A program made the position numbers and the translations under genes. Shown piece after piece: positions 24,101-36,086 of a DNA stretch of 42,920 bases (position 1 is the first letter of the stretch; the number at the start of each line of letters is the position of its first letter). The stretch spans positions 55,800,769 through 55,843,688 of the forward strand of contig NC_068983.1 in NCBI RefSeq assembly GCF_001194135.2. The letters run 5' to 3'. The notes under the pieces were generated by a model. The model was not told the DNA's origin. It was given only the letters and a program-made list of their open reading frames with translations, and searched no databases. Source of the DNA: Octopus bimaculoides. Lineage: Eukaryota.

Positions 24101-24678
24101 CAGCTCCGTCGCGTGACTTTTAGATGCCCCCAGCAACTTTTTGTTTCGAGGCCCCGTCACTTCACTCAAAATTCATAATCTACGCACTTTTTATTCATAG
24201 CTATATTTTACTTTATTCCATCTGAAGTTCAATATTTCACGTCATCCTAAAGAACATCTTTAAAAGTACGACAAGTTAAACTTATTTAGGTCTATTACAA
24301 ATTTCAATATGTAAAACTTCCAGATATGAATAAAAGAGCATTTTTATAATCCAGGCAACTTTCAGAGACAAACACGGCGCACTTTTCGCTACGCGAAATC
24401 ATCGATCCGTTCAGAATAATCAGACCGAGAACTAAGTTCGTGTTCAATAGATATCATAGACAATATACAAAGTCTGGTATACTTTTGTGGTACAATGTAA
24501 TATTTTCACAAGAACTTTAATTTCTTGAAATTTTCAGCCAACTTAGTTTAATTCTTGTTCAACAACCTAACCAAAGTAAATAGATGACTCATCTCCATAC
24601 TTTGGTCCTAACATGGGGCCCCTCAACCACAGAGCCCTCCTGTGATCGCAGGGGTTGCAGGGCTTAGCGACAACCCTG
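24101..24678. mobile_element. hAT-type non-autonomous element, 578 bp, inserted into the tail of a SINE-F
   Basis: Degenerate TIRs CAGCTCCGTCGC / GCGACAACCCTG; degenerate 8-bp TSD cgtataag / cgtgtaaa (6/8); GGCCCC subterminal motifs; SINE-like sequence on both sides (24061-24100 and 24686-24880). Confidence 0.65.
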
Positions 24679-24685
24679 CGTGTAA

Positions 24686-24880
24686 ATGACTGAAATCATG
24701 ATATATCCCCTTGAACGGGAAGCCAGTCCGTCGCAGGGTTAATCATTTACAACTGAGTGGACTGGAGCAATGTAGAAGGAATTATTTTGCTCAAGAACAC
24801 AACGCACCACTAGGTCCAGGAATCGAAAACACAATCTTACGATCGTGAGAGCGACACACCAACCGCTACACCTCACTACT
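24686..24880 (-). mobile_element. SINE-F (tRNA/CORE-like) copy
   Basis: ctgagtggactggagcaa...ttgctcaagaacacaacgc...ggaatcga; related copies at 28625-28830, 40385-40545 and 13235-13350. Confidence 0.7.
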
Positions 24881-26469
24881 TCCATATCTGCCTTCACGTA
24901 CATACATTACATTACGTGACACTACATACGAGGAACAAATAACCCAGAAATAAATACAAATTTCATACAAATATACAAAATGCTGTGTTTAGCGAGAAGC
25001 GAAACTAGTAAGTGGGAGCATTCTTGTGAGTTTACTTTTTAAGGTGCACCAGCAACGTAATTATTGGTGATTCTAATTGAGATTCCAAATAAAAAGGATT
25101 TCAGACTCACATTAGCCTGGAAACATACCGTCGGACCTTATATAGGCAAGAGTTCTATGTCTAAAAGGTGGTTTAGGGAACTTTGAGACGTTAGTATAAT
25201 TAGTGATGTGCATGATGTGAAGTAACTGCAACTGCTTCCGACTAACCAATCGAAAGTAAGTGACGGACAAGGCTAACCCTGAACTTAGCTCTGCATTACA
25301 GAGGGCACATACATTGACGTAATGGCTAATCTTCTGATACATGTAGGATTCTGTATGATAAGAAGATGCATTACGAGTTTATCTTCGTGTAGAATATCTA
25401 GAGTAAGATAAACTGGACAGTTAAAAATGAACTGTCTAGAGTCTAGGCCACAGATAACATACATACAATGCAATGCCAGTAACTGAATACGAACATTCCG
25501 ACCCCTGGATGAGGGTTGGCTATTCGATACATTTTTGTTAGCTCGAAATTCGACGTAAAGAATAAAACAGAAAACAAAACAAAATGCCTTGACGAAGAAA
25601 CAGCTGTGTATTGCAAATGTTTTATTTGAGAGGGATACATCACATGTGAAATCACAACAAGGTTTACGGAAATTGTTATACTTTTAAATTAAAATTAAAA
25701 TAATACATATGCAACAGGAAACAAAGCATTGTTGAATCCACCTTTTTATTTTTACAGAAAAGGTCATGAAAATAATAGTACTTTTGTCTGATGTTATCTC
25801 GATAAATAAAGCTGTCTACATGCCTCGCATAATCGACGCGATTTGAGAGATTCACACATGTAACAGTTTTGCTTTTGGAATGTTTCGCTTTCTACTCAAA
25901 CAATTCCGCTTTTTATAACTTTCGCTTTAAGCTTATGTTTTAAATTAATTCGTTAATTGAAATGTTTCTCTCTATCTTATAAATAAATAATTTTTTCAAT
26001 ACTTCATTATTTTGACATTTCTTGTTAAGTGACTTGATGACGTTGGTTATTTGTTACTTTGACACTAAAAAAGTTATCTTCGTTACGCGCTATTCTAATT
26101 TAACATCATTGTGGATATGATCATCTTTTTCAAACAGAAAAAGAATATTCTATCAAATGTGATAGTTTCTTTTTCTTGTATTTTTTCTTAAGACGATGAA
26201 ATGAAATTTGAGAGAGATTTAACTGCTGTTTCTAGCAAGTTTTTGACAACACGGAGGCACTGTATATGTTTTAGATGAATGTACAGCGAAATGAATACCA
26301 AGCGAAAGATTTTTTTTAAAGACACTGCAATTGTTGGGTATCAAAAGAAATGCGTAACCTTCAAGTCAGGTGTTAACCAGGACAAGCATGGATGAAAGTC
26401 TACAAGAAATAGTTCTACGTCTTTTATTTTTTTCTCGTTGTTAAAAGCTAAATATTGTTTTCAGTAAGT

Positions 26470-26519
<50 letters not shown>

Positions 26520-26569
26520 CAACACAAATGGCCAATGTAAAACGATAAAAGTTTTTTTTTCTAATTTTG

Positions 26570-27045
26570 ACATAAGTCCAGCTATTTTGAGGGAAGGGCA
26601 AGTTAATTTACATTGACCTCAGTTCTTGTCTGGGACTTATTTTATCAACCTCGAAAGAATGGAAGGCAAAGTCGACCTTGAGGGCATTTGAATTCAGAAT
26701 TGAAAGATCTAGATGAATTCAAAACGTAAAGAGCCGGAGGAAATGTCGCTAAATAACATACATGTTCCAACCGAGCCCATCACGTCATTTTGTCAAGCGT
26801 ATGTATTTGTGTCTGGTTGTCAAGCGATGGTGGGGGACAAACAGGCACACAAATACATACACACACACACACACTATATATATATAATGGGCTTCTTTAA
26901 GTTTCCATTTATCAAATCCACTCAGAAGGCTTTGTTGGCCCGAGGCTATAGTAGAAGACACTTGCCCAAGGTGCCATGCAGTGGCACTGAAACCAGGACC
27001 ATGTGGTTGGGAAGCAAGCTTCTTACCACACAGCCAATCTTACAC
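26570..27045 (-). mobile_element. Adjacent SINE-B (about 26570-26760) and SINE-C (about 26790-27045) copies
   Basis: Family homology. Confidence 0.75.
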
Positions 27046-27192
27046 CTATATAATTTGAGAGACTCATAGTGTTTTAATATCACTTTTCACAGATACAACA
27101 AAATTTGTTTCAACACGAATTCACATAAGGAATCTGGCAAACCAAATACAAAAAATAATTTAAATACTTTATTTCTAAAAGAAAAAAAAAAA

Positions 27193-28001
27193 NNNNNNNN
27201 NNNNNNNNNNNNNNNNNNNNNNNNNNNNNNNNNNNNNNNNNNNNNNNNNNNNNNNNNNNNNNNNNNNNNNNNNNNNNNNNNNNNNNNNNNNNNNNNNNNN
27301 NNNNNNNNNNNNNNNNNNNNNNNNNNNNNNNNNNNNNNNNNNNNNNNNNNNNNNNNNNNNNNNNNNNNNNNNNNNNNNNNNNNNNNNNNNNNNNNNNNNN
27401 NNNNNNNNNNNNNNNNNNNNNNNNNNNNNNNNNNNNNNNNNNNNNNNNNNNNNNNNNNNNNNNNNNNNNNNNNNNNNNNNNNNNNNNNNNNNNNNNNNNN
27501 NNNNNNNNNNNNNNNNNNNNNNNNNNNNNNNNNNNNNNNNNNNNNNNNNNNNNNNNNNNNNNNNNNNNNNNNNNNNNNNNNNNNNNNNNNNNNNNNNNNN
27601 NNNNNNNNNNNNNNNNNNNNNNNNNNNNNNNNNNNNNNNNNNNNNNNNNNNNNNNNNNNNNNNNNNNNNNNNNNNNNNNNNNNNNNNNNNNNNNNNNNNN
27701 NNNNNNNNNNNNNNNNNNNNNNNNNNNNNNNNNNNNNNNNNNNNNNNNNNNNNNNNNNNNNNNNNNNNNNNNNNNNNNNNNNNNNNNNNNNNNNNNNNNN
27801 NNNNNNNNNNNNNNNNNNNNNNNNNNNNNNNNNNNNNNNNNNNNNNNNNNNNNNNNNNNNNNNNNNNNNNNNNNNNNNNNNNNNNNNNNNNNNNNNNNNN
27901 NNNNNNNNNNNNNNNNNNNNNNNNNNNNNNNNNNNNNNNNNNNNNNNNNNNNNNNNNNNNNNNNNNNNNNNNNNNNNNNNNNNNNNNNNNNNNNNNNNNN
28001 N
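27193..28001. other. Assembly gap (largest of nine; others at 6047-6056, 6623-6937, 8337-8552, 10065-10741, 23309-23358, 32271-32280, 34403-34412, 38607-38839)
   Basis: N runs, mostly bordered by microsatellites or SINEs. Confidence 0.99.
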
Positions 28002-28089
28002 TTTTTTGCTTGCTTTTAACCCTCCAACGCAGAGTATAAGCCACTTATAATTGAATTCCATGTCGCATAATTTTTCGCTTCTGTACTTA

Positions 28090-28475
28090 TACTCTGCCAT
28101 GAATGTCCCCCTTTCTCTAGTTCCTTTTGTGTTGATCTACGCCACAGTTCTTAGGCCTACCCCTCTTTCTATATCCATCCGGATTCCACTGTAAAGCACA
28201 TTTTGCTACATTCGGTGTGTCCTTTCTAATTGTGCTACTAATCCACTTCCACTTTTTCTTAAATATTTGTTCCCTAATCGAAACTTGATTCGTTCTTTGC
28301 CATAGCTCCGTATTGCTTATGTGTTCCGGCCATCTGATTTTAAGTATACTACACAAGCATCTGTTGATGAATGATTGTATTTGCTTATTTGACTTAACCG
28401 TTGTTCGCTATGTCTCAGCCCCATACAATAACACCGCCTTTACGTTAGTGTTAAAATTTCTTATTTTGTTCTTTA
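28090..28475 (-). mobile_element. RTE-clade LINE 3' fragment
   Basis: KIRNFNTNVKAVLLYGAET*RTT...IQSFINRCLCSILKIRWPEHISNTELWQRTNQ...KWKWISSTIRK...ALQWNPDGYRKRGRPKN, the classic RTE C-terminal motifs. Confidence 0.9.
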
Positions 28476-28624
28476 TGTATTACAATTCCTGCATATATAT
28501 GTGTATTTTCATTCATTCATACATATATATACATATGTGTGTGGGTGGGGTGACTATATATCATGGTATCGGTAATAACCAGACTATTGTTATTTGTTAT
28601 ACATTGCTGGTCACAGTTTTGTAT

Positions 28625-28830
28625 CGTTTTAGCTTTTGAATGACACCACCCTGCTGGCTAGGTGAGCAGGCCAACGCTCCCCTTGATTGGAAGGTTAGTC
28701 AGTTGCAGAGTTACCCATTTACCCAACTGAGTGGACAGAAGCAATGTGAAGTGAAGTGTTTTGCTCAAGAACACAACACACAGCTCAGTCTGTGGATTTA
28801 AATCATGATCTCGTGATTGTGAGTGCAACA
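28625..28830 (-). mobile_element. SINE-F copy, decayed
   Basis: ctgagtggacagaagcaatgtgaagtgaagtgttttgctcaagaacacaac. Confidence 0.65.
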
Positions 28831-28869
28831 CAAACACAAAGACACACATACACACACACAGTGCAAAAG

Positions 28870-29050
28870 ACATAACAGGAAGACAAGGGAAAAAAAAAAA
28901 AAAAAACGTGTGTTAGGTCAACACTCAAGAAATCAAGACAAAAAGAAAGGTTTGTTACATTTTGAGCCAACGCTCTTTTTCTGAAAGAGACGATAGACAA
29001 AGGGAAAGAAAAAAAAAACAAAAGCAAGAAAAATGGAAAAAAAGGAACAC
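28870..29050 (-). mobile_element. Degenerate relative of the 37801-38010 hammerhead-bearing repeat
   Basis: Reverse strand at 28951-28986 reads CAGAAAA-A-GAGC-GUUG-GCUC-AAAA-U-GUA: helix II is retained but the core is mutated; A-rich flanks are similar to 37801-38010. Confidence 0.4.
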
Positions 29051-29054
29051 CCAA

Positions 29055-29290
29055 TAATTTAATCCTTTATTGCCCACAAGGGGCTAAACATAGAGGGGAC
29101 AAACAAGGACAGACAAAGGGACTAAGTCGATTACATCGACCCCAGTGCATAACTGGTACTTATTTAATCGACCCTGAAAGGATGAAAGGCAAAGTCGACC
29201 TCGGCGGAATTTGAACTCAGAATGTAGCGGCAGACGAAATACCGTTATGCATTTCGCCCGGCATGCTAACAATTCTGCAGGCTTGCAACC
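29055..29290 (-). mobile_element. SINE-B copy, well preserved
   Basis: Family homology, including the gcccacaaggggctaaac tail. Confidence 0.9.
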
Positions 29291-29404
29291 TTTCAATAAT
29301 ACAACCATCATAACATGCTGAAAATACACACATATATAACAAACTCTATATTCATACATATATACAAATCAGCAATATTTCTTCCATGAGATGTATATCT
29401 TCAT

Positions 29405-29730
29405 TTACATAGTGCTTAGAGTGTTGGGTTCCAATCATGAGGTAGTGAGTTCGATTCCCGGACCAGGCTGTGTTGTTCTTAAGCAAGATACTTTATTTCA
29501 CATTGCTCCAGTTCACTCAACCATAGAAATGAGTTGCAGTGTCACTGGTACCAAGCTGTATCCGGCCTTTGCCTTTCACTTGGATAACATCAGTGGCATG
29601 GAGAAGGGAGGCTGGTATGCATGGGCGACTGCTGGGCCTTCCACAAACAACTATGCCCAGACTTGTGCCTCAGAGGGGAACTTTCTAGGTGCAATCCCAG
29701 GGTTATTCAGGACTGAAGGAGATCTTTTTA
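29405..29730 (+). mobile_element. SINE-E copy
   Basis: gagttcgattcccggacc...ttcttaagcaagatactttatttcacattgctccag; homologous to 7881-8215. Confidence 0.8.
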
Positions 29731-30719
29731 CCATGCTTGAAATATATGTAAAGGAATACAAATAACAAATCAAATTTTAATATAGACCTTTCACTTTTAT
29801 GAGAAGCTGAAAAGAGGGTACATACATGCTACATGTACCCCACTTCAATTATACAACTTCGCTTCTTAACATCTTTATTTGCTGGCTGAAGTACCATGTA
29901 TTAGTTACAAGGATTCAATAGGATGCCAGAAATGACGAGGTATGATACTGTAGATATGTAAGTGCCAAATCTGATTTGAACCATAGATCTGACTCTGGGG
30001 TTGGTTGCAGGTATGGCATCTATGCCAGTATGGGAAATGAGTGTAAAACAAAAGAAAAACAATGATAGCATATATTGTTGTTGTTATTGTAGTCTGTTCC
30101 TTCTTGAGCCATGCCTGACAATAAGGACTAGTTTCATTGGAGTATAGGTTCCCCACCAACTGGACGAGACGTTGGTCCGTCACAGGTGATGGCATACACA
30201 CAGACATGTAATGGATTTGAGGAAGAGTGAAAATTTGTAAGATACTTCTGGGATTTTCCAGTTGAGGCCACTGGGTGAACACATGCACACAATCACACAT
30301 AGGTTGCATATGAACACACACACACAAACAATAATGAAACAAGTGCTCTATTGTGAAACGCATACACACAAGTCCTAGTTTATCCACATACACACACACA
30401 CACACATACATACAATATGCCCATATACAAGCATACACCAACCAATGCAGGTAACAACAATCTCCAAGACTTGTCTTAATATAAACAAAAGAGGTGTACC
30501 TGTCTTGGACCATTCTTCTTTAATTACAGCTGTGGCTTTTGTGTTAATTGGGTTTAATTATTGTTTAGGAAGATTAGAATATTTTTGTGGGTTTATAAGA
30601 ATTAATTCTATTGCAAGTACTTTTATATTGTGTGTTTGTGCCATTTGTGAGTGTAAGAAAGATTATTTTGTTGTCTTCTTTAAAACAGACTAAGGTTAAT
30701 AATAATATCATTGGGTATC

Positions 30720-31050
30720 TTTTATCCTTTGCTTGTGGCCATGCTGGGGCACTGCCTTGAAGAATTTTTAGTACATTTTTCTTTAAAGCCTGGCATTTAT
30801 TTCATTGATCTCTTTTGCCAAACTGCTATGTTACAGGGACATAAACACACCAACACAGGTTGTCAAGCAATTGAGGTGGGGAGGAAACACAAACACAAAG
30901 CACACACATGATGGGCTTCTTTCAGTTTCCATCAATCAAATCCACTCACAAGTCTTTGGTCAGCCCAAGGCTATAGTAGAACACATACACAAGGTGCCAT
31001 GCAATGGGACTGAACCAGGAACCATGTCGTTGGGAAACGAGCTTCTTTCC
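30720..31050 (-). mobile_element. SINE-C copy
   Basis: Family homology. Confidence 0.75.
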
Positions 31051-31119
31051 ACACAGCCATACCTGCACCTTGTATGAGTAAACCTATGTTAGCTTTACTA
31101 TTTCTGGCATGGGGTCAGG

Positions 31120-31320
31120 CAGTGAACGAGCTGATAGAACCGTTGGCATGTTAGACAAAATGCTCAGTAGCACTGATGTGAGTGCAAATTCCACAGTGGT
31201 CAACTTTACCATTCATCCTTTGAAGGTCGATAAAATAAGTATCTGTCAAGTCCTAGGGTAGATGGAACTGACTTGCCCTTCCCCTCAAAAAACTGCTGGT
31301 GCTGTGCCAAAATATGAAAC
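31120..31320 (+). mobile_element. SINE-B copy, strongly decayed
   Basis: gagctgatagaaccgttggcatg...ggtcaactttaccattcatcctttgaaggtcgataaaataagta. Confidence 0.6.
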
Positions 31321-31364
31321 CATTATTTTTGCATGGGGTGAATATTATTTGTTACTATAAAGGG

Positions 31365-31690
31365 GTGAAAGCATGTGGCTTAATGGTTAGAGCATTCAGC
31401 TCACAATCGAAAGGTTGTGAGTTCAAATCCCAGTGGCACGTTGTGTCCTTGAGCAAGACACTTTATTTCAGGTTGCTCCAGTCCACTCAGCTGGCAAAAA
31501 TGAGTTGTACCTATAATTCAAAAGGGCCAGCCTCAACACATTCTATATCATGCTGAATCTCTCTGAGAATTACACTAAGGGTTATGTGTGTCTGTGGAGT
31601 ACTCAGCCACTTGCATGTTAATTTCATGAGCAAGCTGTTCCATTGATCAGGTCAATTGGATCCCTTGTCATCGTAAATGAAGGAAAGCCA
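31365..31690 (+). mobile_element. SINE-D-related copy, CpG-decayed
   Basis: Tail colinear with 23700-23860; head carries the gtccttgagcaagacactttatttc CORE-like segment. Confidence 0.75.
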
Positions 31691-32089
31691 GTTAAATATG
31701 ATGGGGCTCGTTCTGTGAGGGGGAAAAAACTTCAAAGAAATCCCAAAGGAAGAATCATACATACATGACATTAATATCAATTGAAATTAATCAAAAACAG
31801 GGGGGATTCTTTGCGGAATTAGGTAAATAAAAGACTCAGTACACTGATGGAGAGACAATAATTTATTCAAAACTGAGCCTGAGTGAATCACTATCTCAGT
31901 TCCATGGCTACACTTCTGTAGACAGCATGTGTATAGCTCTATCTGGATGCTATTTATAGATTTTTTTTAGCTATAAATAGAACAAAAATGGTGGATTTCA
32001 CTGCCTTCATGAAGTCACAATTTAGAACTTCAGTCGTGACTCAATCAGTTACCAATTCCAATATATTTCGAATAAATCTTCGGGCATAT

Positions 32090-32385
32090 CATCATCATCA
32101 TCATCATCTTCGTTTAACGTCTGCTTTCCATGCTAGCATGGGTTGGACTAGTTGACTGAGGACTGGTGAACAGGATGGCTGCACCAGACTCCAATCTGAT
32201 CTGGCAGAGTTTCTACAGCTGGATGCCCTTCCTAATGCCAACCACTCCGAGAGTGTAGTGGGTGCTTTTANNNNNNNNNNCTACAGCTGGATGCCCTTCC
32301 TAATGCCAACCACTCCGAGAGTGTAGTGGGTGCTTTTACGTGCTACCAGCACGAGGGCCAGTCAGGCGGTACTGGCAACGACCAA
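32090..32385 (-). mobile_element. SINE-A copy spanning a 10-N gap with duplicated contig ends
   Basis: Family homology. Confidence 0.8.
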
Positions 32386-32821
32386 TCATCATCGTGTGTG
32401 TATATGTATGTGTGTATATACAGATGCATGAATATACACACATACACATGAGAACTCACATGCACACACACATATACATATACACACATTCACAGCCACA
32501 CCCACACACATGCACACTGACACAACATTGTCCTCATCATCGTTTTATGCCAACTTTACCAGCTGGCATGAGTTAGTCGGTCGGATTGCCAAGTAGCAGC
32601 AGAGAGACAAGTGGAGGAATAAGAGAGATAGAGAGAGATAAGTGATAGAAGATGGATGTCAGGGAGATGAGAAATGGAGGCCAAGGATGTAGATTTATCA
32701 GGATACACATAGATGCATACACAGTTTAAAAGCTGCACCTAATGTTACCAAAGAGTATGAACATGGTAGATCAGTTCTGCACTTAACTCTTATCTCTTCT
32801 TCCAGATAAAGCCAGTGCACT

Positions 32822-33050
32822 TTACTCTTTTAATCTGTTACCTGTCTCAGTCATTTGACTGTGGCCACGCTGGAGCACCGCCTTTATTAGTCGAGCAAAT
32901 CGACCCCAGGAATTATTCTTGGTAAGCCTAGTACTTATTCTGTCGGTCTCTTTTGCCAAACTGCTAAGTTACAGGGACGTAAACACACCAGCATCGGTTG
33001 TCAAGCGATGTTGAGGGGACAAACACAGACACACAAACATACATATATAC

Positions 33051-33098
<48 letters not shown>

Positions 33099-33258
33099 GA
33101 CGGGCATCTTTCAGTTTCTGTCTACCAAATCCATTCACAAGGCTTTGGTCAGCCCGAGGCTATTGTAGAAGACACTTGCCCAAGGTGTCACGCAGTGGGA
33201 CTGAACCAGGAACCATGTGGTTCATAAGCAAGCTACTTACCACACAGCCACTCCTACA
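32822..33258 (-). mobile_element. SINE-C full-length
   Basis: Family homology. Confidence 0.9.
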
Positions 33259-33454
33259 CCTTATATAGAAAAAGAATGCGGAAAGCATAGCCAGTATAAA
33301 TACTTTATATAATGAACACGTGTTTTGTGTAGCTGGTAGACATCAATTACATGAGCGTAAAACCCAGTTAATTCGACAAATGCCACCAGTGGAATTCATC
33401 GGAATTACTCGGCAAGAATACAACATGAAGAAAGACAACACCTTTATATGTATA

Positions 33455-33617
33455 GGCACAGGAGTGGCTATGTGGTGAGTAGCTTGCTTATGAACCACAT
33501 GGTACTGGGTTCAGGCCCACTGTGTGGCACCTTGGGCAAGTGTCTTCTACTATAGCCTCAGGCCGACCAAAGCCTCATGAGTGGATTTGGTAGACGGAAA
33601 CTGAAAGAAGCCTGTCG

Positions 33618-33664
<47 letters not shown>

Positions 33665-33845
33665 ACCATCTTGACAACCCATGTTGGTATGTTTTTGTCC
33701 CCGTAACTTAGTGGTTGGGTAAAGGAGACTGATAGAATAAGTACTAGACTTACAAAGAATAAGTCCTGGGGTCGATTTGCTCGACTAAAGGCGGTGCTCC
33801 AGCATGACTACAGTCAAATGACTGAAACAAATAAAAGAATAAAGA
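33455..33845 (+). mobile_element. SINE-C full-length, inverted relative to 32822-33258
   Basis: Family homology. Confidence 0.9.
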
Positions 33846-33977
33846 ACCTCGAGAAGATAAAAGGCAAAGCAGAATTCGGCAGAATTTGAAGTCAGAATGG
33901 AGCAATGGGCAAAATACTGCTAAATATTTCATCCAACACACTAATGATTCTGCTACCTCGCTATTGTAATAATAATA

Positions 33978-34027
<50 letters not shown>

Positions 34028-35054
34028 CATTGCTGCTATAGGTACAAGGCCTGAAATTTTGTGGGAGGGAACTAGTTAATTACATCGACCCCAATGCTTA
34101 ACTGGTACTTATTTCACCAACCCTGAAAGGATGAAAGACAAGGTCAACCTCGGTGGAATTTGAACTCAGAACGTAGTGACAGGCGAAATACCGCTAAGCA
34201 TTTTGCCTGATGTGTTAATGATTCTGCCAGCTCACTACCTCCTTAATAATAATAATGATAATGATAATAATAATAACAACAACATAAAAATGTAAGTAAA
34301 AGTAATGACAGAAAATAACAGAAAATAAAGAAAAGAATTGAAAAGAAAAACTTACATTTGATATCGGTGGCTAGTGGTCAGTATGGAAATATAAAGAGAG
34401 AGNNNNNNNNNNGGGGGAGAAGAAAGGAAAAAAGAAAGAAAGAGAGAAAAGAGAGAAATTGAAGGACTGTGACAATAGAAAGCACTCCTAGAGAGAAGGA
34501 AATATTTTGGCAGACACAAGGTTGCCAGGTTAAGGAGATTTTTAAGGCAGGCTATTGTGAAGACGCAGTTGGGTGCTAGAAGCTTCCAATTCATGCTTAC
34601 ATTCATAAACACGTATGTGCACAAACACACGGACCCAAACATGAACAAACTTGCATAAATGACTGCTCTCAAACCACAGACTCTCTGTACATGTTCTTAA
34701 TAAATACACAATAACGAGGATAGTTTTAACAGTGATGGTTTCAAATTTTAGCACATGGCCAGCAATTTCTGGGATAGGGTAAGTTGATTACAACAACCCA
34801 GTATTCAACTGGTACTCATTTTATTGACCCTGAAAGAATGAAAGACAAAGCTGACCTCAACAGAATTTGAACTCAGAATATAAAGACAGATGAAATGCCA
34901 CTAAACATTCTGGCTTGTGTGCTAATGATTCTGCCAGCTTGCTACCATAGTAGTATTAAAAATAATCCTTTCTATTATAGGCACAAGGCCTGAAATTTTG
35001 GCGGAAGGGTAGTCAATTGCATCAGTTCTAGTGCTCAACTGGTACTTATTTTAA

Positions 35055-35181
35055 TACAGTTCTATATTTAAGAGATGAGGAATTATTTACATTATTTACA
35101 TTTGACAGATATTTGTCCTCATCTTGTTTGTTGTTAACACAACGTTTTGGCTGATATACCCTCCAGCCTTCATCAGGTGTC
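35055..35181 (-). mobile_element. Hammerhead-bearing short repeat, copy 2, inserted in a SINE-B without a TSD
   Basis: Homologous to 10891-11020; the host SINE resumes at 35182 with its central segment missing. Confidence 0.75.
35136..35181 (-). ncRNA. Minimal type-I hammerhead ribozyme motif (G12 to A in this copy)
   Basis: GACAC-CUGAUGA-A-GGCUG-GAGGGUAUAU-CAGCC-AAAA-C-GUU-GUGUU: 5-bp helix I, 5-bp helix II, palindromic (AACGUU) loopless helix III. Confidence 0.65.
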
Positions 35182-35699
35182 AGTGGAATTTGAACTCAGT
35201 GCATAACGGCAGGCAAAATGCCGCAAAGCATTTTGTCCATTGTGCTAATGATTCTACCAGCTCGCCACCTTCTTAATAATAATGATAAGGCTTTCAATTT
35301 TTGGCACAAGACCAGTATTTTGAGGGGTGGGGCAGATGATTACATCAACCCCGCCGATGCTCAACTGGTATTTATTTCATTGACCCTGAAAGGATGAAAG
35401 GCAAAGTCAACCTCGGCGGAATTTGAACTCAGAACTTAAGGATAGACGAAGTGCCACTAAGCTTATTATTAATAATAATAATAATAACTATGATAATGAT
35501 AAAATGATATATGAAAAATACATATAATTATCACCATCATCACCATCTTTAAACTTCTGTTTGCCATGCTGGCATGGGTTGGACAGTTTGATAGGAGCCA
35601 GCGAGCCTGAAGACAACACAAAGCCACAATGTCTTTGGAAAAGTAGACACTAAAATGATAATGATATCCTACACTAATATATCAGACTAGTGTCCCTAT

Positions 35700-35930
35700 T
35701 TTGGCCATCACCGCCATAATGTTTTGGCCATTTTATCTTCAAGCTTTCCTTTGGCACCTGTCATATTCAGTAATGTTCTTGGAATTTCAAACCTAACTCA
35801 TTCTTAAATCCACACAGCTAGATTAATCTTATTCTATTATCCATTCAAGTGATATTTTCCTACTTGTCACGTCATTTGCCTATTCTACTTAAGCCAGAGC
35901 ATATATTATCTGACTGCCACAGGATCTGAT
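35700..35930 (-). mobile_element. Possible very old RTE-like LINE remnant
   Basis: Fragmentary motifs only (FE..WCQRK.LKIKWP-like); heavy decay. Confidence 0.3.
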
Positions 35931-36086
35931 TTCACGCCCACCAGCTAAGTACACTGAATACTTAATACTTGTATTCACTATCTCATTCTTTCATAGGTTA
36001 TTAGGCAATGTTTGTGGGTTTCATGCCTTCCTTTCTTAAAGGCACCCGTATGGTGTTCAACTTTATGTTACTCTACTGAGGAAGCT

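Larger units (their letters stand above)
33855..35465 (-). mobile_element. Cluster of five same-orientation SINE-B copies or fragments (about 33855-33965, 34025-34245, 34735-34950, 34970-35270, 35285-35465) with (TAA)n spacers
   Basis: Repeated ggtacttattt..cgaccc.gaaaggatgaaag.caaagtc.acctc.g.ggaatttgaactcagaa. Confidence 0.8.

Noticed and set aside
25111-25540. Several minus-strand exon-like segments and ORFs (25112-25342, 25443-25655)
   Set aside because: No recognisable protein, and the frames are mutually inconsistent
31835-31885. CTGATGG...TTCAAAAC hammerhead-like remnant
   Set aside because: Two core mismatches and no helix I partner
32213-32340. Exact 58-nt duplication on both sides of a 10-N gap
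   Set aside because: Overlapping contig ends (assembly artefact)
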